The position numbers and the translations under genes were made by a program. From NCBI GenBank assembly GCA_964400165.1, contig CAYNSX010000003.1:1-62519 (forward strand): DNA of 62,519 nucleotides. The letters run 5' to 3'. Source of the stretch: an uncultured bacterium (lineage in GTDB: Bacteria > Armatimonadota > Hebobacteria > CAYNSX01). The notes under the pieces are model-generated. The model ran no database searches. It had not been told where the DNA came from and saw nothing but the letters and a program-made list of their open reading frames with translations. Positions 38,038-47,937 of the stretch are shown piece by piece (the stretch's first letter is position 1; each line of letters begins with the position of its first letter).

Positions 38038-38280
38038 ATGCCCGATGTCGAGGCGTTCATCCTGATTGAAGCGAAGCCGGGCCAGGCGCTGGAACTGGTG
38101 CGGAGCGTCCGCGGCTTCCCCGGCGTCAAGGCCGTCTACGCCGTCACGGGGCCGTTCGACCTCATCGCCCATGTCGGCGCGCCGTCGGTGCCGGAACTCG
38201 GGCGGATGGTGGTGGCGAAAATCCAGTCGGCCGCGGCAGTGAACCGCACGCTCACCTGCCTGGTGGTGGAAGAGAGCTAA
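38038..38280 (+). CDS. Lrp/AsnC ligand-binding (RAM) domain protein
   Basis: 80 aa; VEAFILIEA, VYAVTGPFDLIAHV, RTLTC. Confidence 0.85.
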   Translation: MPDVEAFILIEAKPGQALELVRSVRGFPGVKAVYAVTGPFDLIAHVGAPSVPELGRMVVAKIQSAAAVNRTLTCLVVEES

Positions 38281-38359
38281 CCGGCGAAGCGCAGAAGCGC
38301 GGGGTGAACGAGACTGTTTTCCTGCCTCCCTGCGTTCCCGCCTCCCTGTTTTCCTGTTT

Positions 38360-39739
38360 TCACATCCCCATCACCCACATCGCCAGCGAGAAGTAAATCA
38401 CCAGGCCGACGGCATCGATGAAGGTTGCCATCAACGGGCCGGAGACCAGCGCCGGGTCCAAACCGAGACGCTTTGCCGCCAGCGGCATGAGGCCGCCCAG
38501 GCCCGTCGCCCACACCAGCACACACGCCTGTCCGACGCCGACCGCCACCCCCATCCGCGGCGTCTGCGTGAGCACCAGCCCCCATAACGCGCCGACGCCG
38601 CCGAGTAACACCGCCACGATCAACCCGATGGCCAGTTCCTTGCTCAAGACCTTGAGCGTGTCGGTCACTTCCACTTCACCGACTGCCATCGCCCGCACGA
38701 CCGTCGTCACCGCTTGGGTCGCCGCGTTCCCGCCGGTCCCCAGCACCAGGGGCACGAACCACACCAACTGCGTCAGTTGCTGAATGACCGGATCGAAGTG
38801 ACGCACCACCCCACCGGTGAAGAAGTTGGCCACAAAGAGAAACAGCAACCACGGCCACCGTTTCCACACGATTTGCATCACGCCGGCGCGCAGGTAGGGG
38901 TACTCGAGCGGCTGCGCCCCGCCCAACCGCTCGACATCTTCTGTCGCCTCCTCTTCGAGGACATCGGCAACATCGTCAATGGTGATGATGCCGAGCAGGC
39001 GATGTTGGTCATCCACCACCGGCAGGGCCAAGAGATTGGCATCGAGTACGGAGCGCGCGGCGGCTTCCTGGTCGGTGGTGGCGGACAAACTCTTCACCTC
39101 GCGCCGCATCACCTCGGCGACCTTCGTCGCCGGCAACGATTTCACTAGGGCGTACAGCGGAAGGACACCGACCAACCGGCCGCCCGGGTCGAGCACATAG
39201 ATGTATGAGGAGGTGGCGGTGTCAGGCGTCAGGGCCCGCAGGTGCTGTAACGCGTCCTCGATGGTGGCGTCCTCGCGGACCGCGATAAACTCGGGCGTCA
39301 TCAGCCCGCCGGCGGTCTCGGGCGGATAGGTCAGCAGATGGCGGACATCCTTCGCTTCGTCCGGCTCCATCGCCGTGAGGATGCGCTCCGCTGCTTCGTG
39401 CGTGAGTTCGCCGACGACATCCGCGGCGTCGTCGGGGTTCATTTCTTCGATGATGTCGGCGCCGTGCGCGTGCGAGAGGCGCAGCACAATGCGGGCGGTC
39501 TCGACATCGTCGAGGCGCGACAGCATCACGGCGACGCGGTCGTCGCCGACGGCCTCGAGGTAGCGCGCCAGCGCCGCGTCCGACACCCGGTTGAGCGCGT
39601 CGCCGAGCGCGTCGTGGTCGAGCGCCTCGGTGAGCGCCGCGGCGCGGTCCCAGCGGCCGCCCTCGACGGCCGCGACCAGCGCCTCCGCCGCCGCGGCCGG
39701 CGGTGCGCCGTGGCCGGTGTAGCCGGGGCTGTCGGTCAT
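38360..39739 (-). CDS. mgtE: Magnesium transporter MgtE
   Basis: MgtE N-domain, YPPETAGGLMTPEF, CBS pair, GIITIDDVAD, KRWPWL, GTGGNAATQ, GPLMATFID. Confidence 0.95.
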   Translation of the reverse strand: MTDSPGYTGHGAPPAAAAEALVAAVEGGRWDRAAALTEALDHDALGDALNRVSDAALARYLEAVGDDRVAVMLSRLDDVETARIVLRLSHAHGADIIEEMNPDDAADVVGELTHEAAERILTAMEPDEAKDVRHLLTYPPETAGGLMTPEFIAVREDATIEDALQHLRALTPDTATSSYIYVLDPGGRLVGVLPLYALVKSLPATKVAEVMRREVKSLSATTDQEAAARSVLDANLLALPVVDDQHRLLGIITIDDVADVLEEEATEDVERLGGAQPLEYPYLRAGVMQIVWKRWPWLLFLFVANFFTGGVVRHFDPVIQQLTQLVWFVPLVLGTGGNAATQAVTTVVRAMAVGEVEVTDTLKVLSKELAIGLIVAVLLGGVGALWGLVLTQTPRMGVAVGVGQACVLVWATGLGGLMPLAAKRLGLDPALVSGPLMATFIDAVGLVIYFSLAMWVMGM

Positions 39740-39743
39740 CGCG

Positions 39744-40556
39744 CTACCTCGCCCAGTAGATCAGTCCCGCCCCGCCAACGAGAAAGCAGTATACGGCGAA
39801 CACCCAGAGCCGTCCCCGCACCACGGTCCGAATCGCCAGTCCAACCGCCAGATAGCCGGTCACCGCAGCCGCGACAAACGCCGCCAGCCATGCCACATTC
39901 GGCGACGCCACTTCGGGGTGGCGCACGAGAGAAACCAATTCGAAGAGGGCCGAGCCGGCGATGATGGGAATGCTCAACAGGAACGAGAACCGCGCCGCGT
40001 CCTCGCGGCGCACCCCGAAGATGAGGGCCGCGGCAATCGTGCCGCCGGAGCGCGAGACGCCCGGAATGATGCCGGCGGCCTGGCCAATGCCGACGGCGAT
40101 CGCCGTTCCCGGCTTCATGCCGGACAGCGTGACCCGCCCGCTCGACAGCGCCTGCCCGACCAGGAGCAGCGCTCCCGTCGCAATCAACTGCCACGACACC
40201 GCCACCGGGTCACTCATCTCCCCTTCAAGGGACTTGTGCAGGAATACGCCGGCCACGGCGCCCGGGATGGTGGCGAGGACCAGCAGCCACGCCAGCCGCG
40301 CGTCGGAATTGCGCACCACCAGCGTCGGCTGCCGCAGACTGTGCAGGAACGCCCGCACCAGGCGCGTCACCTCCGCCTTGAAATAGGCGAGCACCGCCAG
40401 GAGAGTCCCGACATGCACCCAGACATCAAAGGCCAGCCCGGGGTCCCGCCACCCCAGCACCGCAGGCACCAGAATCAAATGGCCGGTGCTGCTGACCGGC
40501 AGGAATTCCGTCAGCCCTTGCACCATGCCCAACACCAGCGCTTCGACCCACCCCAT
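39744..40556 (-). CDS. uppP: Undecaprenyl-diphosphate phosphatase
   Basis: QGLTEFLPVSSTGHL, PGVSRSGGTI, ARFSFLLSIP. Confidence 0.95.
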   Translation of the reverse strand: MGWVEALVLGMVQGLTEFLPVSSTGHLILVPAVLGWRDPGLAFDVWVHVGTLLAVLAYFKAEVTRLVRAFLHSLRQPTLVVRNSDARLAWLLVLATIPGAVAGVFLHKSLEGEMSDPVAVSWQLIATGALLLVGQALSSGRVTLSGMKPGTAIAVGIGQAAGIIPGVSRSGGTIAAALIFGVRREDAARFSFLLSIPIIAGSALFELVSLVRHPEVASPNVAWLAAFVAAAVTGYLAVGLAIRTVVRGRLWVFAVYCFLVGGAGLIYWAR

Positions 40557-40561
40557 CGCGG

Positions 40562-41704
40562 TTAGGCCGCGGGCGCGGGCTTCGGCTGCGCCGCCTCTGC
40601 TTGTTTGCCTTCCCGGTAATACTCAATGAGCAGCCGCGCCACGGCAAGCGTCGGCGGGCCCATAAACATCCCGACCACACCGAGCAACTGCAGCCCGACC
40701 AGCAGCGACAGCACGATCAACACCGGGTGCATCCGCAGCTGGTAGCCGATGACCATCGGCATCAGGTACTTGCTTTCGATGACATGCAGCGCCGTCAGCG
40801 CGATGCTCAACCCGACGCCGAGACCGAAGTTCTGAAAGACCGCGATAAGCACAATCGGCAGACTGCCGAAGAGCGGACCGACCACGGGGATCAGTCGCGT
40901 CAGGCCCGCCCAGATACCCAGCGTCAGCCAAAACGGCATGTCATAACTGGAAAACTGGTCAATCCCCCACAGGCCGAGCGCCACAATCAGGAAGGCAATG
41001 ACGCCGAGCGTGACCTGCCCCTGAATGTATTTCTCCACGATGAACCCGACATCGCGCCCGACGCGCAGCGCAAACGCGCGCTTGGGCGGCGGCACAAAGA
41101 ACAGGAACGCTTCTTGCACCCGGGTCGGTTCCGACAAGAGATAGAAGACCAGCATCGGCAGCAAGAGCAGTTCGACAATCAACTCCAGCGCCTGCAAGAC
41201 GCGCTGCGTGAAGCGTCCCAGCCAGGCGGTCGCCAATTGCCCCAGCTTCTCGGTGTCCACCTGCGCTTCCTGGAACCAGCGCTCGATCCCGTTGGCGATC
41301 GGCGCCGGCACATAGCGCCGATAGTAGTCCCAGTGCCCCTGCCACTCCGCCTGCAGCGCCGGCAGGTCGCTCTCCTGGAACACAGCGAACTTTTCCATCA
41401 TGCCGGCGAGTTCCACGCGGATCGGCTTCGACAGCGCCAAGATGATGAGGCCGAATACTATGAGCGCGGCCAGCATCACCACGATGGCGCTCGACAGGCG
41501 TGTCAGCGTCGCCTTGCGCCCGGTCAGTTTCAGTTGTGACAGGCGGTCGACCCACGGCTTGAGCAGATAGGTGACCATCAGCGCCAGCAGGAACAGCCAG
41601 AGCACCGACCGCACCCGCCAGATGACGAAGGCGGTGATGGTGAAGACCAGCGCCAGAACGACGAACCGCGGCCAGAAGTGCCGCGCTTCCCAAATCCGCT
41701 GCAT
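40562..41704 (-). CDS. AI-2E family transporter
   Basis: Multi-TM; YLLKPWVDRL, IPVVGP, ESKYLMPMVIG, HPVLIVLSLLVG; start at ATG 41704 overlaps the wecB stop. Confidence 0.88.
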   Translation of the reverse strand: MQRIWEARHFWPRFVVLALVFTITAFVIWRVRSVLWLFLLALMVTYLLKPWVDRLSQLKLTGRKATLTRLSSAIVVMLAALIVFGLIILALSKPIRVELAGMMEKFAVFQESDLPALQAEWQGHWDYYRRYVPAPIANGIERWFQEAQVDTEKLGQLATAWLGRFTQRVLQALELIVELLLLPMLVFYLLSEPTRVQEAFLFFVPPPKRAFALRVGRDVGFIVEKYIQGQVTLGVIAFLIVALGLWGIDQFSSYDMPFWLTLGIWAGLTRLIPVVGPLFGSLPIVLIAVFQNFGLGVGLSIALTALHVIESKYLMPMVIGYQLRMHPVLIVLSLLVGLQLLGVVGMFMGPPTLAVARLLIEYYREGKQAEAAQPKPAPAA

Positions 41705-42870
41705 CAGCGCGCCCCCGCCGCGGGCGGCGCGAACGGCGCCGGCGGCCGCGGCGTCATTCCGAAGAAGTGCCGGAGCGCCTCGCGGATGCGCTCGGCCGCG
41801 TGCCCGTCGCCGTAAGGCGACACGCCGGGCCGCATCCGCTGCCACTCGGCGCGGTCATCGAGGATGCGCAGCGCTTCGGCCACAATCCGCTCCCGCCCGA
41901 CACCCACCAAGCGGGCGGCGCCGGCGGCAATGACCTCGGGGCGCTCCGTCACCTCACGCGTCACCAGCACCGGCACCTGCACCGCCGGCGCTTCTTCTTG
42001 AATGCCACCGGAGTCTGTGATGATGAGGTGGCTGCGCTCCATCAGTCGCACAAAGGTCGCATACTCGGGAGGCGGAATCAAACGCACCCGCACCTGCTTG
42101 CCGAGGATTCGCTCTATCCCCTCGCGCACCACCGGGTTCGGGTGCACAGCGAATACCACGACGACATCGGCGCGCGCCGTCACGATGTCGGCGAGCGCAT
42201 GGCAAATGTTGTCCAGGTCGCCGCCCCAACTCTCGCGCCGGTGCGCCGTCACCAGAATGACCCGCTGCGGGTCGTCCGCCAGGCCGGCCAGATCGGCGGG
42301 GAGCGCTGTCGGCGCGTGCGCCTGCACATAGCGCAGCGCATCAATCACCGTGTTGCCGGTGAGCAGGATGTGTGCCTCGCCAACGCCCTCACGGCGCAGG
42401 ACATCCACCGCCACCTGGGTGGGCGCGAAGTGCAGTTCCGCGACTGTGCTGACGACCCGGCGATTCACCTCTTCGGGAAACGGGCGGAAGCGGTCGCCGC
42501 TGCGCAGCCCCGCCTCGACATGCCCGACCGGCACCTTGTGATAGAAGCCGACCAGCCCCGCCGCCATCACGGTGGTCGTGTCGCCCTGCACCAGCAGGAA
42601 GTCGGGGCGCTCCGCGGCGAGCAGCCGCTCCATCCCCTCCAGCGCCCGCACGGTGATGTCGGTCAGCGTCTGCGTGCGCTGCATGATTTCTAGGTCGGCG
42701 TCGGGGGCGAGATCGAAGGCCTTGAGCGCGCCGGTCACCAACTCGCGGTGCTGGCCGGTCGAAACGAGACGGGTCTCGAAATTAGGTTCGTTTCGCAAAG
42801 CATGCACGACCGGGGCGAGTTTGATGGCTTCGGGCCGAGTCCCGAGGGCGACGACGATGCGGCGGGCCAT
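41704..42870 (-). CDS. wecB: UDP-N-acetylglucosamine 2-epimerase (non-hydrolysing)
   Basis: GTRPEAIKLAP, TGQHRE, VQGDTTT, GHVEAGLRS, PFPEEVNR, TGNTVIDAL, TAHRRE, TDSGGIQEEAP, SPYGDGHA. Confidence 0.96.
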   Translation of the reverse strand: MARRIVVALGTRPEAIKLAPVVHALRNEPNFETRLVSTGQHRELVTGALKAFDLAPDADLEIMQRTQTLTDITVRALEGMERLLAAERPDFLLVQGDTTTVMAAGLVGFYHKVPVGHVEAGLRSGDRFRPFPEEVNRRVVSTVAELHFAPTQVAVDVLRREGVGEAHILLTGNTVIDALRYVQAHAPTALPADLAGLADDPQRVILVTAHRRESWGGDLDNICHALADIVTARADVVVVFAVHPNPVVREGIERILGKQVRVRLIPPPEYATFVRLMERSHLIITDSGGIQEEAPAVQVPVLVTREVTERPEVIAAGAARLVGVGRERIVAEALRILDDRAEWQRMRPGVSPYGDGHAAERIREALRHFFGMTPRPPAPFAPPAAGAR

Positions 42871-42873
42871 CGG

Positions 42874-43926
42874 TTAGCCGAGCCGGGCGACCAGCGCGGC
42901 CAGCACGGTGCACACGCCGCAGACCAGGTACAGAAACAGCACGGTCGCCCGTTGCGACCAGCCCAGCCCGAGCAGCCGGTGATGCACATGGCCGCGGTCG
43001 GCGCTGAAAATCGGCCGGCGGCGGATGAGCCGCCGCACCACCGCAAAAGTGACATCGAGCAGCGGCAACAGCAGCACAATGAACGGCACCACCAACGCGA
43101 AAGCCGTAGCGGTCTTGAAGCCGCCGAGAATGGAGGCGGTGGCGATCCAGTAGCCGAGGAACATACTGCCCAAGTCGCCCATAATCACCCGGGCCGGATT
43201 GAAGTTGTAAGGCAGGAAGCCGAGACACCCGCCCGCCAGCGCCGCCGACAGGACCGCCGCCGCCGCCGCCGCGCTGCCGCCGCGCGAGAGCGCCAAATAG
43301 ACAAAGCCGGCGGCGAAAATCGCCCCCGCGCCCGCGGCCAGTCCGTCGAGGCCGTCGAGCAGGTTCATCGCGTTCATCACCAGCACTACCCACAACACCG
43401 TCACCACGGCGCTGGCGCCGGCGCCGAGGAGGATGAAGTCGGGGTTGAAACTCACGCCCAGCGGCGCCAGCGCGTGCAGGATGGGATGCCCGTGCGGGAA
43501 TGGATTCGAGACCGCGTCGATGCGCACGCCCCACAACGGCAGCAGCATCGCAACGCCGACCTGTCCGGCGAGTTTTGCCAGCGGACGCAGTTTGTAACGG
43601 TCATCCACCGCGCCGACGATGGCGATGAGCACGCCGCCGCCCAGGAGCGCGTAGACGATCGGGCGCGTCGTCGCGGGCAGCGTGCCCGCCACGGCCAACA
43701 CCGCGGTCGCCACGCCGGCCACGACCGCCAGCCCGCCCCAGGTCGGCAAAGGCTTGGTGTGGACGCCGCGGGCAGTTGGCTGCGCGATGGCGCCGACGCG
43801 AGTCGCCAGCGCGATCGCGGCAGGCGTCAGCGCCGCCGTCATTCCGGCGGCCACCAGCAGCGACACGATCACCGTCAGCAGCATCGTGTCCCAGAGCGGC
43901 GCATCGATGCCGATGGCGGCGAACAT
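42874..43926 (-). CDS. Undecaprenyl-phosphate GlcNAc-1-phosphate transferase (WecA/TagO, GT4 family)
   Basis: RGVHTKPLPTWGG, VDD, NAMNLLDGLDGLA, FNPARVIMGDLGS, ADRGHVHHRL. Confidence 0.9.
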   Translation of the reverse strand: MFAAIGIDAPLWDTMLLTVIVSLLVAAGMTAALTPAAIALATRVGAIAQPTARGVHTKPLPTWGGLAVVAGVATAVLAVAGTLPATTRPIVYALLGGGVLIAIVGAVDDRYKLRPLAKLAGQVGVAMLLPLWGVRIDAVSNPFPHGHPILHALAPLGVSFNPDFILLGAGASAVVTVLWVVLVMNAMNLLDGLDGLAAGAGAIFAAGFVYLALSRGGSAAAAAAVLSAALAGGCLGFLPYNFNPARVIMGDLGSMFLGYWIATASILGGFKTATAFALVVPFIVLLLPLLDVTFAVVRRLIRRRPIFSADRGHVHHRLLGLGWSQRATVLFLYLVCGVCTVLAALVARLG

Positions 43927-44402
43927 CAGCGGGCTGTCCCGTCGGCGCCGAGTTGGTGCAAGGCCACACCGGCTTCTTCCAGCATCCGGCGGCCGAGTTC
44001 ATCGGGATACTCCCCGGCGAAGACGATGCGGTTGACGCCGGAATTGATGATGAGTTTGGCGCAGTTGCTGCACGGGCTGTCCGTGCAATACACCGTCGAA
44101 ACGTTCGTGGAAACGCCGTGGAGCGCGGCTTGGGCGATGGCATTGGCTTCGGCGTGGGCAGCGCGCTGGCAGCTCTCCCGTGCCGGCTGGTCGCCGAGTT
44201 TGAGGGTCATCAGCAGACAGCCCTCATCCGTGCAGTGCGGCAGGCCGCTGGGGGCGCCGTTGTAGCCACTGGAAAGGAGCCGCTTGTTGCGCACGATGAC
44301 GGCGCCGACATTGCGCCGCGGGCAGGTGGAGCGTTCGGCGACCACGCGGGCGATCTTCATGAAGTACTCGTCCCAGGAGGGACGGTCTTTCGGGACGCTC
44401 AA
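43926..44402 (-). CDS. dCMP/cytidine deaminase (ComEB-like)
   Basis: RPSWDEYFMKIA, RSTC, GYNGAP, HAEANA, PCSNC; TTG start inferred. Confidence 0.9.
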   Translation of the reverse strand: MSVPKDRPSWDEYFMKIARVVAERSTCPRRNVGAVIVRNKRLLSSGYNGAPSGLPHCTDEGCLLMTLKLGDQPARESCQRAAHAEANAIAQAALHGVSTNVSTVYCTDSPCSNCAKLIINSGVNRIVFAGEYPDELGRRMLEEAGVALHQLGADGTAR

Positions 44403-44535
44403 GCCCGGCCCCCGGAGGGACGCCCGGCCCCGCGCGCGCCACGGCGCGCACACGGTCTCGCGGAGCGATTCGAGCGGATGTCGTGCGCCATCGACGACCT
44501 CGCGTGCAGTGTAGCACGCCCCTGCGGGCGTGCCG

Positions 44536-46269
44536 TTACGCCGGCGCGGCCGCCGGCGCCTTCTTCGGCAGTTCGACGCGGAAGGCGGACCCCTGACCCA
44601 GTTTGCTCTGCACGGTGATGTCGCCGCCGTGCGCCTTCACCAGCGCCTGCACCAGGTACAGGCCGATGCCGGCGCCGCCCGCCCGCATCGTCATGTGGTC
44701 TTCAACGCGGTGGAACTGCAAGAAAATCTTGTCGAGGTGCTCCTCGGGAATGCCGATGCCCTGGTCGGATACCCAGAAAGCGATCCGGTCGGCGGACTCT
44801 TCCAGCCCGACGCTGATCGTGCCGCCGTCGGGGCTGTACTTGACCGCGTTGCTCAACAGGTTGTTGATGACCTGCTCGATCTTGTCGGCGTCGCAGTCGA
44901 TTTTCACCGCGTGGTCGGGCAGTTTCTTGACGAACACATGCCGCTGCGTCGTGGATTGATAGACCTGCGTGATGCGGCCCAGCGTGGCGGTCAGATCCAC
45001 TTCGCTGTAATCCACCTGCAGCGCCCGGCCCGACTCGATGCGCGCCACATTGAGCAGGTCGCCGATGAGCCGCACCAGGCGGTCACACTCGCTGTCGATG
45101 ACCTGGTAGAACTCCCGCTGCGTCTCGCGGTCGTAATAGCCCTCTTCGTCTTCGAGCAGCGTGCGGATGAACCCCTTGATCGAGGTCAGCGGCGTGCGCA
45201 GTTCGTGCGAGACGCTGGAGACGAATTCGGTCTTCATCCGCTCGACATTGCGCAATTCGGTGATGTCCATCAGCGTGGCGACGACGCCGACGAGCGCCCC
45301 GTCGTTGCCCTTCACCGGGCCGGTCTGCACCTGATAGATGCGCTGCTGCGGGTGGAAGAGCGTCACTTCGGCGCGCTGCTCTTCGCGCTGTTGCAGCGTC
45401 TGCGTGAGCAACTGCGCCACTTCGTGCTCTTGCACGACCTCGGCCACGGTGCGCCCTTCGTAGCCGTCGGCCGACAGCCCGAACATCCCCCGGGCCGAAT
45501 GGTTGATGAGCATAATTTTGCCGTCGGCGTCGAGCACGACGACGCCCGCCATCATGCTGTGCAGCGTCTCTTCGAGGCGCCGCTTCTCCTCCGACACCCG
45601 AATCATCAGGCGCGCGTTGGAGATAACCGCGGCGGCGCTGCGCGCCAGCACCGTCAGCAGGCGGATGTCGTCCTCGTTGAACGCCTCGTTGCGGCGCTTG
45701 TTGAACGCGTGCAGGACGCCGATGCGCTTGCGGATGGTCGCCGATTCATCGGCGCCGCGCCGTTCGAGCACCAGCGGCACCGACACCGCGTTGTGCAACT
45801 TCAGCAGCGCCACCGGCTCGGTGACGATCGGGTCCGCAATGCAATCCGCCACGATGCGCGCCTTGCCCGACTGGAAGACCTCGCCCGACAGCCCCTCGGC
45901 GGATGGGATGCGGAGTTGGCGCGCTTCGTCGTCGGTGATGCCGTGCGCGGGCGTCTCGGCGACGAGTTCGCCCCGCTCCTCGTTGATGAGCATGATGACG
46001 CACTTGTCGGCCTGCAGAATCATCGCCACCTTCTTGACGAAGGTGCGCAGCGTCGCTTCGAGCTCGGCGGGGGTGCTGATGGGCGGCGGTGGCTCTGACG
46101 CCGAAGAGAGCCGGTCCTCGAGCTGGCGCCGGTGCCGTTCCAAACGGCTGATCTCCGCCCGCAAACGGCGGAGTTCGGCTTCTACGCGGTCGCGTTCCGG
46201 CGTTGAACCGGCCAATTCAGGCACGATGCGCCCCCCTGGCGGCGCGCTTGGCACCGCCCGGAGGAACAT
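44536..46269 (-). CDS. Cytoplasmic sensor histidine kinase (coiled coil, GAF, PAS, HisKA, HATPase)
   Basis: SHELRTPLTSI H-box, NLLSNAVKY, DQGIGI, GAGIGL; no TM; true start could be GTG 46224. Confidence 0.92.
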   Translation of the reverse strand: MFLRAVPSAPPGGRIVPELAGSTPERDRVEAELRRLRAEISRLERHRRQLEDRLSSASEPPPPISTPAELEATLRTFVKKVAMILQADKCVIMLINEERGELVAETPAHGITDDEARQLRIPSAEGLSGEVFQSGKARIVADCIADPIVTEPVALLKLHNAVSVPLVLERRGADESATIRKRIGVLHAFNKRRNEAFNEDDIRLLTVLARSAAAVISNARLMIRVSEEKRRLEETLHSMMAGVVVLDADGKIMLINHSARGMFGLSADGYEGRTVAEVVQEHEVAQLLTQTLQQREEQRAEVTLFHPQQRIYQVQTGPVKGNDGALVGVVATLMDITELRNVERMKTEFVSSVSHELRTPLTSIKGFIRTLLEDEEGYYDRETQREFYQVIDSECDRLVRLIGDLLNVARIESGRALQVDYSEVDLTATLGRITQVYQSTTQRHVFVKKLPDHAVKIDCDADKIEQVINNLLSNAVKYSPDGGTISVGLEESADRIAFWVSDQGIGIPEEHLDKIFLQFHRVEDHMTMRAGGAGIGLYLVQALVKAHGGDITVQSKLGQGSAFRVELPKKAPAAAPA

Positions 46270-46290
46270 CCGGCCTGGCGGTGGCTGCGC

Positions 46291-47826
46291 TTAGTACCCG
46301 GTGCTGCCGGCGCGGACGGACGAGGCGTCGGTCGGTTGCTGCACGACGCGCTCGATCGCCCAGCGCACGGAACCCCCGATATTGTACCGTCCGAGCACAT
46401 AGGTTACACGCACCGCCTGTCGATAGCCCTGGTTGTCTGTAAAGACATGCAGGGCGTCGGCCTCGACGACCCCATCCGAGACGCTCGGCCGGACCGAGAC
46501 ATACTCGAAGTATTCGGTCTGCATCCAGGCCAGCCCGTCCTCGGTCATCCGGATGAAGGCGGCGGCGGAAATCCGCTCCTCACGGCCATCGGCGTCGGTG
46601 AGCGTGACACCCCGGGTGGGGTGCAGATGGGGCGCCAGATAACTGGCGTCGCTCTGCAGCCAAGCCGAGCGGATGTCGTCCAGGACGGCGTCATACGGCA
46701 CCGGCCGGGCGCTGGTGTAGGCGGCCCCGCCACCATAGTGGTTCGCCGAGCTGATGGAGATGACCAATGGCCGGAAGATGAAGGCGACTCCATAGCTATA
46801 ACCCCAGGGGGTGGCGCAGTAGGGCGCGTAGCCCCAGTAGTCCCACGGAGAATAGGCACCGTAGGATGGCGGGTAATAGCCGCTGCTCCACCAGAACGGG
46901 TCATACCAGCAGTTGAGGCGGGTGAACCAGACCACCCGCGGGTTGTAGGGATAGACGCAGTAGTTCTGCGGCCACCAAGTCGGCGGGCACGAGGGCACAA
47001 AGAAGGCCGTGCAGAACCGTCCCGGCGTGCTGTGGTTCCAGCCGTGGTGGAATGGATCGGTAAGCGAGCCCTGAATGGCGATGCCTGAACGCTCGCCGAG
47101 ACTGCCGCGCGGCAATTGCGGCCGCACCATTTCCGGCGCTGCCGGCCTGCCGACGCGGGGGTCGACCTTCTGCTCCGGCTGCCCGCGGATGAAATAGAAT
47201 CCGCTGCCCTGCTGCCCGCCCGGGTTCGGCTTGCCCAGGTCGGGGCGCGTCTGTCCCGGTCCCGTGATCGGTTTCCCATCGGGGCCTCGGGGGTCAACCC
47301 AAATCATTCCGCGGCTCTCCGGCGCGCGGGGCTGCACACCCAGGCGCGGGTCGCCTTGCGGCGCGCGCGCTTGCGGCGGCTGATACGGCCCGTAGCGCAC
47401 ATCGCCGCGCAGCGGCTCGCGTGCCTCGGGCAGCGACGGCGTTGGGCGGCCGTAAACGCTGCCGGGCGCGGTGCGCTGGTCGCCGAGGCGCGGGTCGGTC
47501 ACGCGCGGGGCGGTGGCGACGGAGCGCCCGTCGCTGATTCGTGGGGAGCGCGGGTCAGCGCCGCGCGACGGCGGAGCGACTGCGGTGCGACCGCTGCTTC
47601 GAACCGGGCCGACGGTCGTCGCGCCGCGCGCGGGCGCTCGCGGCGCAGGCGCGCTGCGCGCTTCGACCTTCTTGGGCGGTGCCGGCGGGCTGGACTTCTC
47701 GGAACTCTTGGAGTCGTCCTTCGCGCGCGCCATCGTGGAGAGGAGGACGAGGGCCAGGAACGCCGCGCACGCAGTCAGCCACGCGGACTTGCGGTACCGC
47801 GGTCGGGCCACTGAAATCGCTCGCAT
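46291..47826 (-). CDS. Hypothetical secreted protein: Pro/Arg-rich disordered region, Tyr/Trp-rich segment, folded C-terminal domain
   Basis: GGAGGTG SD; signal peptide ending MARA; 511 aa. Confidence 0.75.
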   Translation of the reverse strand: MRAISVARPRYRKSAWLTACAAFLALVLLSTMARAKDDSKSSEKSSPPAPPKKVEARSAPAPRAPARGATTVGPVRSSGRTAVAPPSRGADPRSPRISDGRSVATAPRVTDPRLGDQRTAPGSVYGRPTPSLPEAREPLRGDVRYGPYQPPQARAPQGDPRLGVQPRAPESRGMIWVDPRGPDGKPITGPGQTRPDLGKPNPGGQQGSGFYFIRGQPEQKVDPRVGRPAAPEMVRPQLPRGSLGERSGIAIQGSLTDPFHHGWNHSTPGRFCTAFFVPSCPPTWWPQNYCVYPYNPRVVWFTRLNCWYDPFWWSSGYYPPSYGAYSPWDYWGYAPYCATPWGYSYGVAFIFRPLVISISSANHYGGGAAYTSARPVPYDAVLDDIRSAWLQSDASYLAPHLHPTRGVTLTDADGREERISAAAFIRMTEDGLAWMQTEYFEYVSVRPSVSDGVVEADALHVFTDNQGYRQAVRVTYVLGRYNIGGSVRWAIERVVQQPTDASSVRAGSTGY

Positions 47827-47937
47827 CGTTCACCTCCCGCTCCCCGTGGGGAGCCGGATTGCCATGCTGTGCTGCTATTACATTAGACACATCCTACAGG
47901 AAAGTGTTTCCCGTAATCGGCGGCCTATAACCAGCCG

